Below are positions 10,817 to 20,137 of a DNA stretch of 64,000 bases, in pieces. Numbering within the stretch: position 1 is the first letter of the stretch; every line of letters starts with the position of its first letter. Under the pieces are notes generated by a model. The model was not told where the DNA came from. It saw only the letters and a program-made list of their open reading frames with translations, and did not search any database. Position numbers and translations under genes: made by a program. This stretch comes from Squalus acanthias (taxonomy: Eukaryota): positions 248,001 through 312,000 of the forward strand of contig JASTWF010000348.1 in the NCBI GenBank assembly GCA_030390025.1. Reading direction: 5' to 3'.

Positions 10817-11709
10817 GGGGGCAAAAATTCAGTTGGTTGCGCCTCCCGTTAGTGCCCTAAGATGGCGCTAATGGGGCGCAAAGCAACTAGCGCCCGGGCG
10901 CGGCGATGTTTGCGCCGCTCGCGAAATTAACTAGACATTTTGCGGCGGCGCTAAACACTACCGCCACGATCTCCTGCGCCGGCAGACCGTGCCGTTAGTC
11001 GAGTGCGCAACGCCCCGGTAGCGCCCCGGAGCGGATATTGAGTGGCGCCCCCTGCCTTACCGCCTGCCGCTAGCAACGACAGGTTGAGGGGAGCGTTCTG
11101 CAATCAGGAAGGGACTGGGGGAGCGCTATTTAAAGGTGACCGCTTCCTGCCTTTTATTGTTGGTGACATTTTTGCACCATGCATTCTGAGAGAGAGAGAG
11201 AGAGAATTCTGGAGAGATTCAACGCTGTGTGAAGGAGTTTTGGGTACTGAGCAGCACTTTGCAGGTTCATTTTGATTTGCCATTCTTGTATCGATTTAGA
11301 AGAGACTGTGGGGGCTGCACTCTGAGCTCTTTCCCTGGACCTCTCCATTGTTCTTTCCAGCAGATTTGATGTGCAGGTCTCTCCAGGCCGAGATTCAAGG
11401 CTGCAATGAGCAGGATGTGGATGGAAAGCAAGATCAACCATCCCCTTTAAGAACTGGCCGGGGCCATTGTGTCTGTGTTCCATTGCTGACTGACATCACA
11501 TGAGCTTCGCCAGCGCTCTGAGGTAGCGCCTCGCTCCTCGGCCTTTGCGCCTTAAGACAGGTGTGAAGCGCCTGATTTAGCGCTCCAATCACCTCCAGGG
11601 GCGATAAAAGTCAAGTTTGCAGTCGGAGGCGATAATTAGCGGCAGGCGCTAATCTTTGCGCCTGGCCAATAATTGCGCCCCAAATGGGGCGATACTGAAT
11701 TTCTCCCCC
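10817..11709. mobile_element. Non-autonomous DNA transposon (PIF/Harbinger-like MITE), 893 bp
   Basis: Imperfect TIRs GGGGGCAAAAATTCAGT / ACTGAATTTCTCCCCC; 3-bp duplication ATA (10814-10816, 11710-11712); CpG-rich subterminal GGCGC/GCGCC motifs. Superfamily inferred from 3-bp TSD and G-rich TIR. Confidence 0.72.
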
Positions 11710-12645
11710 ATAGAGTCATAGAGTTGTACAGCACAGAAAGAGCCCCTTCGGCCCATCGTGTCCGCGCCGGCCATCAAGCCCTGTCTATTCTAATCCCATT
11801 TTCCAGCACTTGGTCCGTAGCCTTGTATGCTATGGCGTTTCAAGTGCTCATCTAAATGCTTCTTGAATGTTGTGAGGGTTCCTGCCTCTACCACCCTTTC
11901 AGGCAGTGAGTTCCAGATTCTTCCTCAAATCCCCTCTAAACCTCCTGCCCCTTACCTTGAAACTATGCCCCCTGGTTATTGACCCCTCTACTAAGGGGAA
12001 AAGTTCCTTTCTATCTACCCTATCTATGCCCCTCATAATTTTGTACACCTCAATCAGGTCCCCCCTCAGCCTTCTCTGCTCGAAGGAAAACAACCCCAGC
12101 CTGTCCAGTCTCTCTTCATAGCTGAAGCGCTCCAGCCAAGGTAACATCCTGGTGAATCTCCTCTGCACCCTCTCCAATGCAATCACATCCTTCCTATAGT
12201 GTGGCGACCAGAACTGCACACAGTATTCCAGCTGTGGCCGAACTAGCATTTTGTACAGCTCCATCATAACCTCCCTGCTCTTATATTCTATGCCTCGGCT
12301 AATGAAGGCTAGTATCCCATATGCCTTTTTAACCACCTTATCTACCTGTCCTGCTGCCTTCAGGGATCTATGTACATGCACACCAAGGTCCCTCTGATCC
12401 TCTGTGCTTCCTAGGGTCCTACCATTCATTGTGTATTCCCTTGCCTTGTTAGTCCTCCCAAAATGCATCACCTCACACTTTTCAGGGTTAAATTCCATTT
12501 GCCACTGTTCTGCCCATCTGACCAACCCGTCTATATCGTCCTGTAGCCTGAGGCTTCCCTCCTCGCTATTTACCACTCCACCAATTTTCGTGTCATCTGC
12601 GAACTTACTGACCATACCTCCTACATTCATATCTAAATCATTGAT
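11710..12645 (-). mobile_element. CR1 LINE (second subfamily, (CTCTATGA)n tail), 5'-truncated
   Basis: ORF 11899-12630 with FADDTK RT motif, KC.V.HFG, RDLGV, LEYCVQFWSP; the tail continues at 10806-10816 beyond the MITE. Confidence 0.93.
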
Positions 12646-12922
12646 GTCTCATAGACTCAGGATAAGGGGCTCGGCCATTTAGGACTGAGATGAGGAGGAA
12701 TTTCTTCACTCAGAGGGTGGTGAATCTTTGGAATTCTCTGCCCCAGAGAGCTGTGGAGGCTGAGCCGTTGAGTATATTCAAGACCGAGATCGGTAGATAT
12801 GTGGAATCAAGGGATATGGGGATCGGGCGGGAAAGTGGAGTTGAGGCCGAAGATCTCATTGAATGGCGGAGCAGGCCCGAGGGGCCGAATGGCCAACTCC
12901 TGCTCCTATTTCTTATGTTCTA
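12646..12922 (+). mobile_element. CR1 3' end
   Basis: RRNFFTQRVVNLWNSLPQRAVEA plus 3' UTR. Confidence 0.88.
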
Positions 12923-13275
12923 ATCCCAAGGCCGCGAGTTCAAATCCCACGGTGGGCAGTTTGGGAATTGGAATTTAGTTGAAGCTGGCGTCGGTAATGG
13001 TGACCAGGAAGCTGTTGGATTGTCGTGGCAAACACAGCTGGTTCACTCACATCCCGTTAGGGAAGGAAACTGGCCATCCTTAACTGGTCTGGGCCTGTGC
13101 GTGACTCCAGTCCCACAAGAACGTGGTTGACTCTTAACTACCCTGCGTTGTGGCCTTAAAACCTTAAAAGAGACACAATGGTTCAAGAAGGTCCACCACC
13201 ACCTTCTCCAGACCACGAGGGACGGGCGATAAACACCAACCTTGCCAGCGAGGCCCACATCCCGAGGATGAATAG
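12923..13275 (+). mobile_element. Second SINE family (tRNA-like B-box, LINE-type 3' end), degenerate
   Basis: GAGTTCAAATCCC B-box near 12935; 3' end ...CACCACCACCTTCTC...GCCAGCGAGGCCCACATCCC...GAATAGAATA. Family identity is inferred. Confidence 0.55.
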
Positions 13276-13380
13276 AATAACTGCCATTTTATCTTGAATC
13301 AAAGGTGAATCATTTCGCCTTTCCCTCTCGGAACAACCTGACATCTTCTCAACCCAACATCACAGGCCTAACATTCTGCA

Positions 13381-13868
13381 AGCCCTGGGACACAGGCCGA
13401 GGTACTCTCAGAGCCTGGGACACAGGCCGTATATACTCTCAGAGCCTGGGACACAGGCCCGATATATTGTCAGAGCCTGGGACACAGGCCGGATATACTC
13501 TCAGAGCCTGGGACACAGGCCGTATATACTCTCAGAGCCTGGGACACAGGCCCGATATATTGTCAGAGCCTGGGACACAGGCCCGATAAATTGTCAGAGC
13601 CTGGGACACAGGCCCGTGGTACTCTCAGAGCCTGGGACACAGACCGGATACACCGTCAGAGCTTGGGACACAGGCCCGATATACTGACAGAGCCTGGGAC
13701 ACAGGCCGGAAATACTGACAGAGCCTGAGACTCAGGCCGGATATACTCTCAGAGCCTGGGACACAGGCCCGATATACTGTCAGAGCCTGGGACACAGGCC
13801 CGATATACTGTCAGAGCCTGGGACACAGGCCGATATACTCTCAGAGCCTGGGGCACAGGCCGGATATA
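13381..13868. repeat. 31-bp minisatellite, ~16 copies
   Basis: Unit CAGAGCCTGGGACACAGGCC(G/C)GATATACT(C/G)T. Confidence 0.95.
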
Positions 13869-13917
13869 AAGTCGAAAAAATTCAAATCAATTCTCATTCT
13901 TCCTTTCCCTTTCTCAG

Positions 13918-13961
13918 GACATCCCCATGGGCAATCTCGGCTCGCACCGAAACCTGGACAG
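13918..13961 (+). CDS. ADCY4: ADCY4-like exon B (44-nt small exon)
   Basis: TTCCTTTCCCTTTCTCAG acceptor, GTACAG donor at 13962; DIPMGNLGSHRNLD-R, phase 0/2; resembles the ADCY2 DVPMG exon (recalled); phase fits both neighbours. Confidence 0.85.
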
Positions 13962-14067
13962 GTACAGAAAACCGTTGTTGTTGTGAATGAGAGTGCGTTG
14001 CTGTTGTTGTTGTTGTTGTTGTCTCACTGATGTTGCCCATTGCTGAAGCCTTGTGATTGGTTGACAG

Positions 14068-14145
14068 GGGCCGGAATCAGAGGGGCCTGGACGACGAAGT
14101 GCGCGAGAAGATAAGCGAAGTGATCGACGGCCTGAACTCCCAGAG
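14068..14145 (+). CDS. ADCY4: ADCY4-like exon C
   Basis: GACAG acceptor (14066-14067), GTACGC donor at 14146; 78 nt, phase 2/2; GRNQRGLDDEVREKISEVIDGLNSQ-R. RGLDDE and LNSQ match recalled ADCY4. Confidence 0.88.
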
Positions 14146-14334
14146 GTACGCGGGCAGCTCGAGCGAGCGGTGCTTCCGCCCCCCCCCCCCCCGCGCCCTT
14201 GACCGCCAACCAGTGGCGTTGAGTCGGACGCGGAGATGGCGAGGCAGGGTCAAGCGGTGTGGGGGGGGGTGAGGCTGGTGGGACAAGGGGCACCTACCGG
14301 GTGAGAGGGACGCGCAACCCTTCAACTCAAGGCC

Positions 14335-14600
14335 GTAGAATGATGCAGCACAGAAAGAGGCCATTCGGCCCATCCTGCCTGTGCCTGCTCTTTGAAAGAG
14401 CCATCCATTGACTCCCACACCCCTCGCTCTTTACCCACAGGTCCTGCAAATTTTTCCCCTTCAAGTATTTATCCAATTTGAAAGTCACCATTGAATCCAC
14501 TTCCCCCGCCCTTTCAGGCAGCGCGTTCCAGATCACAACAACTCGCTGCCTGGAAAAGATCTCCTCCCCTGGTTCTTTTGCCAATTATCGTAAGTCCGTG
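14335..14600 (-). mobile_element. Degenerate CR1 3' end
   Basis: Minus-strand FSRQRVVVIWNALPERAGE; GGCCATTCGGCCC 3' UTR signature. Confidence 0.75.
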
Positions 14601-14794
14601 TCCTCTGGTTGCCGACACTCCTGCCAGGCTTTGATCTGTCACAAAACGTGGCAGAGTCTCCTCACAAAATGTGGAATGGAATCCCTGAAGATTTGTGCAG
14701 TTTTTTTTAAAGTCAGCTGTACCGCCTGCCGATCCCCAAATCCCGCCCCCCATATCGGAGGGTCTCCAAACTGGGAGAGTCTCTGTTTACACCA

Positions 14795-14836
14795 TCTCTC
14801 TCTCTCTGTCTCTCTCTCTCTCTGTCTCTGTCTCTC

Positions 14837-14882
<46 letters not shown>

Positions 14883-14884
14883 TG

Positions 14885-14937
<53 letters not shown>

Positions 14938-14959
14938 GTCTCTCTCTCCCTCTCTCTGC

Positions 14960-14992
<33 letters not shown>

Positions 14993-15324
14993 ACTCTCTC
15001 TCTGTGTCTCTCTCTCTCTCTGTCTCTCTCTCTCTCTCTGCCTCTCACTCTCTCTGTCTTTCTCTTGTTCTTTCTCTCTGTCTCTCTTTCTGACTGTCTC
15101 TCATTCCCTCTCTCTCTGTTTATCTCTCTTTGTCTCTCTCTGTCTCTCTCTGTCTCTCTCTCTCTGTCCCCCTCTCTCACTCTCTCTCTTTGTCTCTCTC
15201 TCTGTCTGTCTCTCTCTCTCTCTCTGTCTCTCCCTCTCTCTCTCTCTCTCTCTGTCTCTGTCTCTCTCTCTCTTTGTCTCTCTCTCGCTGTCTCTGTCTG
15301 TCTCTCTCTGTGTCTCTCTGTCTC

Positions 15325-15371
<47 letters not shown>

Positions 15372-15430
15372 GTCTCTCTCTCTGTCTCTCTCTCTGTCTC
15401 TGTCTCTCTCTCTGTCTCTCTCTGTCTCTG

Positions 15431-15462
<32 letters not shown>

Positions 15463-15765
15463 ACTCTCTCTCTCTCTCTCTCTTTCATTCTCTGTTTCTC
15501 TCTCCCTATCTGTCTCTATCTTTCTCATCACTTTCTCTCCTCTCTGTCCTCTCGCTCTCTCTCCATTCTCTCTCTCTCTCCATTCTCTCTCCTCTCTTTC
15601 TTCCAGCTCTCTCTCTCCTTTTTCTCCCTCTCGCCTTCCTTCTCGCTCTCCTCTCTCTCTCCTCTCTCTCTCTCTCCTCTCTCTCTTCTCGCTCTGTCTC
15701 TCTTCTCGCTCTGTCTCTCTTCTTTCTGGCTCTTCCTCTCTCTTCTCTCTTCTCTCTCTCCGTCT
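14795..15765. repeat. (CT)n/(CTGT) compound microsatellite, ~1 kb polypyrimidine tract
   Basis: Seen directly; degenerates toward the 3' end. Confidence 0.97.
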
Positions 15766-16401
15766 CCCTCCCTACCCGACCCCCACCTTCAGGCCGCACC
15801 GCACTCACCCAAGCCCAGAGGGTTCAGTCGGCGATGGTCAGAGCTGAGGATTGGGGGACCCCCCTGAATGCGGGCACAAGGGTCACTGCGGAGTTCAACC
15901 CGCTAAATCCGTCCAGCTCTGCTTCTCCAGCCAGGAGTCACCTCAACCGCCCCCCGCCCCCTCCCCCTCCCCCCCCCCCCCCGCACCAGTAACAGGTCTC
16001 CCTCGCCAGGTCCCCATCAGGGCTGGCGGTCCCCCTCCACCCTCCACCGCCACCCCCCGCCCAGTGTACTGTGGGCCCTGCTCGGGGTCAGGTAACCCAA
16101 CACAAATGAGGGACTTGGCCGAATCTACCAGCATGCCCTCTTGGGCCCACCTTGACCCCGTCTTGACCCCTGGGCAGGAAGCGGGTGTGGCCGGCGCTGC
16201 AGTGCCCCCTGCTGGCCGAGGGTCCCAGCCGCCTCTCGCTCAGTCGCCAGCTGGTGTTTAACATTCCAGTGGTAAACAGTCAGGGGAAGGAGCGGTAAAT
16301 CGGGGAGTGGCGGGCATGTTTGGGTTTTCAAAAGCCTGCGGGCTGAAGGGAGGCTGAGGGAGCGGCGCAGGCAGATACTATCCAGACTTTCAGAAAGCAC
16401 A

Positions 16402-18208
16402 GAGAGACTCCCTCTTTAACAGGGGTCCCTGATGGAGAGACTCCCTCTTTAACAGGGGTCCCTGATGGAGAGACGCCCTCTTTAAAAGGGATCCCTGACG
16501 GAGAGACTCCCTCTTTAACAGGGGTCCCTGATGGAGAGACTCCCTCTTTAACAGGGGTCCCTGACGGAGAGACTCCCTCTTTAAAAGGGGTCCCTGATGG
16601 AGAGACTCCCTCTTTAACAGGGGTCCCTGACGGAGAGACTCCCTCTTTAAAAGGGATCCCTGACGGAGAGACTCCCTCTTTAAAAGGGATCCCTGACGGA
16701 GAGACTCCCTCTTTAACAGGGGTCCCTGATGGAGAGACGCCCTCTTTAAAAGGGGTCCCTGACGGAGAGACTCCCTCTTTAAAAGGGGTCCCTGACGGAA
16801 AGACTTCCTCTTTAAAAGGGGTCCCTGATGGAGAGACTCCCTCTTTAAAAGGGGTCCCTGATGGAGAGACTCCCTCTTTAAAAGGGGTCCCTGATGGAGA
16901 GACTCCCTCTTTAAAAGGGGTCCCTGACGGAGAGACTCCCTCTTTAAAAGGGGTCCCTGACGGAAAGACTTCCTCTTTAAAAGGGGTCCCTGATGGAGAG
17001 ACTCCCTCTTTAAAAGGGGGTCCCTGATGGAGAGACTCCCTCTTTAAAAGGGGTCCCTGATGGAGAGACTCCCTCTTTAAAAGGGGTCCCTGATGGAGAG
17101 AATCCCTCTTTAAAAGGGGTCGCGGTGGAGAGACTCCCTCTTTAAAAGGGGTCCCTGATGGAGAGACTCCCTCTTTAAAAGGGGTCCCTGACGGAGAGAC
17201 TCCCTCTTTAAAAGGAGTCCCTGATGGAGAGACTCCCTCTTTAAAAGGGGGTCCCTGATGGAGAGACTCCCTCTTTAAAAGGGGTCCCTGACAGAGAGAC
17301 TTCCTCTTTAAAAGGGGTCCCTGACGGAGAGACTCTCTCTTTAAAAGGGGTCCCTGATGGAGAGACTCCCTCTTTAAAAGGGGTCCCTGATGGAGAGACT
17401 CCCTCTTTAAAAGGGGTCCCTGATGGAGAGAATCCCTCTTTGAAAGGGGTCCTGATGGAGAGACTCCCTCTTTAAAAGGGGTCCCTGATGGAGAGACTCC
17501 CTCTTTAAAAGGGGTCCCTGATGGAGAGACTCCCTCTTTAACAGGGGGTCCTGACGGAGAGACTCCCTCTTTAAAAGGGGTCCCTGACGGAGAGACTCCC
17601 TCTTTAAAAGGAGTCCCTGATGGAGAGACTCCCTCTTTAAAAGGGGTCCCTGATGATGGAGACTCTCTCTTTAAAAGGGGTCCCTGACGGAGAGACTCCC
17701 TCTTTAAAAGGGGTCCCTGATGGAGAGACTCCCTCTTTAAAAGGGGTCCCTGATGGAGAGACTCCCTCTTTAAAAGGGGTCCTGATGGAGAGACTCCCTC
17801 TTTGAAAGGGGTCCCTGATGGAGAGACTCCCTGTTTAAAAGGGGGTCCCTGATGGAGAGACTCCCTCTTTGAAAGGGGTCCCTGATGGAGTGACTCCCTC
17901 TTTAAAAGGGGTCCCTGATGGAGAGACTCCCTCTTTAAAAGGGGTCCCTGATGGAGTGACTCCCTCTTTAAAAGGGGTCCCTGATGGAGAGACTCCCTCT
18001 TTAAAAGGGGTCCCTGATGGAGAGACTCTCTCTTTAAAAGGGGTCCCCGATGGAGAGACTCCCTCTTTTTAAAAGGGGTCCCTGACGGAGAGACTCTCTC
18101 TTTAAAAGGGGTCCCTGATGGAGAGACTCTCTCTTTAAAAGGGGTCCCCGATGGAGAGACTCCCTCTTTTTAAAAGGGGTCCCTGACGGAGAGACTCCCT
18201 CTTTAAAA
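16402..18208. repeat. 33-bp minisatellite, ~55 copies
   Basis: Unit GGAGAGACTCCCTCTTTAAAAGGGGTCCCTGA(T/C); 11-aa period KGVPDGETPSL in the ORF track. Confidence 0.96.
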
Positions 18209-18277
18209 CATCACTGTACGAGCTGGATCGGAAGGTGGAGAATTTAATGTCTACCCTCTGTGTTGTTTTCCCCACAG

Positions 18278-18347
18278 GCATTGGGTTAAATCGGAGCATT
18301 TAAACCGGATAACATTGTACTTCAGCACAAAGTCAGTGGAGAAAGAG
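18278..18347 (+). CDS. ADCY4: ADCY4-like exon D
   Basis: TGTTTTCCCCACAG acceptor, GTGAGC donor at 18348; 70 nt, phase 2/0; HWVKSEHLNRITLYFSTKSVEKE (cf. QWxKSxD..TLYF..K..EKE). Confidence 0.9.
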
Positions 18348-18591
18348 GTGAGCAGGAAGCCCCGGTCCCAGAGCGTAACGGCCAGGTATTGTGTTATGTG
18401 TGTCCTCTGGGCATGTCTCCCCCATCCCCTCGCTCATTCCCGCCGGGGTCAGGGGGTCGAAGGGCGCCGGCCGCCCTCCAAGGACCTCACTCTGAGGGGG
18501 CTCGGTCTTCAAGCGTCAGGCCCGACAGTGAGTCTTGACAAGAGTATTCGCCCGGTGGAGTGTAGCCGGGCCCCGGTCCTCGGAGAATAGC

Positions 18592-18708
18592 CCAGCACAG
18601 AAGGAGGCCATTCAGCCCATCGTGCCTTTTTGAAAGAGCTCTCCAATTAGTCCCACTCCCCCCGCTCTCTCCCCGTAGCCCTGCAAATCTTTCCTTTTCA
18701 AATATTCA
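18592..18708 (-). mobile_element. Short CR1 3' UTR fragment
   Basis: CAGCACAGAAGGAGGCCATTCAGCCC...CCCTGCAAAT matches 14345-14470. Confidence 0.65.
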
Positions 18709-18717
18709 TTACTCTTC

Positions 18718-19283
18718 TATTCAGGCCACAGCTGGAATACTGTGTGCAGTTCTGGTCGCCACACTATAGGAAGGATGTGATTGCATTGGAGAGGGTGCAG
18801 AGGAGATTCACCAGGATGTTACCTGGGCTGGAGCGCTTCAGCTATGAAGAGAGACTGGACAGGCTGGGGTTGTTTTCCTTAGAGCAGAGAAGGCTGAGGG
18901 GGGACCTGATTGAGGTGTACAAAATTATGAGGGGCATAGATAGGGTAGATAGAAAGGAACTTTTCCCCTTAGTAGAGGGGTCAATAACCAGGGGGCATAG
19001 TTTCAAGGTAAGGGGCAGGAGGTTTAGAGGGGATTTGAGGAAAAACTTTTTCACCCAGAGGGTGGTTGGAATCTGGAACTCACTGCCTGAAAGGGCGGTA
19101 GAGGCAGGAACCCTCACAACATTCAAGAAGCATTTAGATGAGCACTTGAAACGCCGTAGCACACAAGGCTACGGACCAAGTGCTGGAAAATGGGATTAGA
19201 ATAGACAGGGCTTGATGGCCGGTGCGGACACGATGGGCCGAAGGGCCTCTTTCTGTGCTGTATAACTCTATGACTCTATGACT
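18718..19283 (+). mobile_element. CR1 LINE 3' fragment with (CTCTATGA)n tail
   Basis: ORF 18744-19199 is nearly identical to the minus-strand copy at 11710-12250. Confidence 0.93.
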
Positions 19284-19299
19284 TCCGCCAATCCCGAGA

Positions 19300-19845
19300 G
19301 GGGAAACAATCCCAGTCGTAAACTTGAACTCATCCAAAACTCTGCTGCCACATGTCCTAACTCGCACCAAGTCCCGTTCGCCCATCACCCCCTGTGCTCG
19401 CTGACCTACATTGGGCTCCCGGTCCGGCAACACCTTGATTTCAAAATTCTCATCCTTGTTTTCAAATCCCTCCATGGCCTCGCCCCCTCCCTATCTCTGT
19501 AACCTCCTCCAGCCCCACAACCCCCCCGAGATCTCTGCGCTCCTCTAATTCTGGCCCTCTTGAGCATCCCCGATTTTAATCGCTCCACCATTGGCGGCCG
19601 TGCTTTCAGCTGCCTAGGCCCCAAGCTCTGGAATTCCCTCCCTAAACCCCTCCGTCTCTCTCTCTCTCTCCTCCTTTAAGACGCTCCTCAAAAACCTACC
19701 TCTTGGACCAAGCTTTTGGTCACCTGCCCTAATATCTCCTTCTGTGGCTCGGTGTCAGATTTGGGCTGTTGACGCTCCTGTGAAGCGGCCTTGGGACGTT
19801 TTACTACGTTAAAGGCCGCTGTATAAATGCAAGTTGTTGTTACTG
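19300..19845 (+). mobile_element. L2-clade LINE 3' fragment
   Basis: KLELIQNSAA..., HITPVL..LHWLPV-like segment (frameshifted), FKILILVFKSLHGLAP, and tail TATAAATGCAAGTTGTTGTT. Confidence 0.8.
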
Positions 19846-20039
19846 TTGTCACGACCGGTCTAGCCATCATTAAAAGGGGAGCTACACTGACACTTGCTGA
19901 GAAGGCAGGGGGAGAGAGGGCGTGTGACGGAGGGTAACAAGATATTAATTACCAAGCAGTTGGAGGGGGGGTCAAGAACAACCCTCCGCTCCCACTCCTG
20001 GGCATCACCAAAGCAAAAGTTTTCATTTGTTTTCTTAAA

Positions 20040-20137
20040 AGAAAGACTGGAGTTTCTCCAGCGCCTTTCACCACCTCAGGACGTCACAAAGCATTTTACA
20101 CCCAATGAAGTACTTTTTTTTTTAAGTGTAGTCACTG
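20040..20137 (-). mobile_element. SINE 3' end, truncated at the start of the satellite
   Basis: GCGCCTTTCACC...GGACGTC.CAAAGC..TTTACA.CCAATGAAGTACTTTT..AAGTGTAGTCACTGT is the reverse complement of 10225-10320. Confidence 0.8.

Noticed and set aside
14478..15992. 504-aa Ser/Leu-rich ORF and the opposite-strand Arg/Glu-rich ORFs
   Set aside because: Translation of a (CT)n microsatellite.
13381..18208. 31-bp and 33-bp repeats resembling CRISPR direct repeats (one is quasi-palindromic)
   Set aside because: Units are head to tail with no unique spacers, there are no cas genes, and the context is a vertebrate intron.
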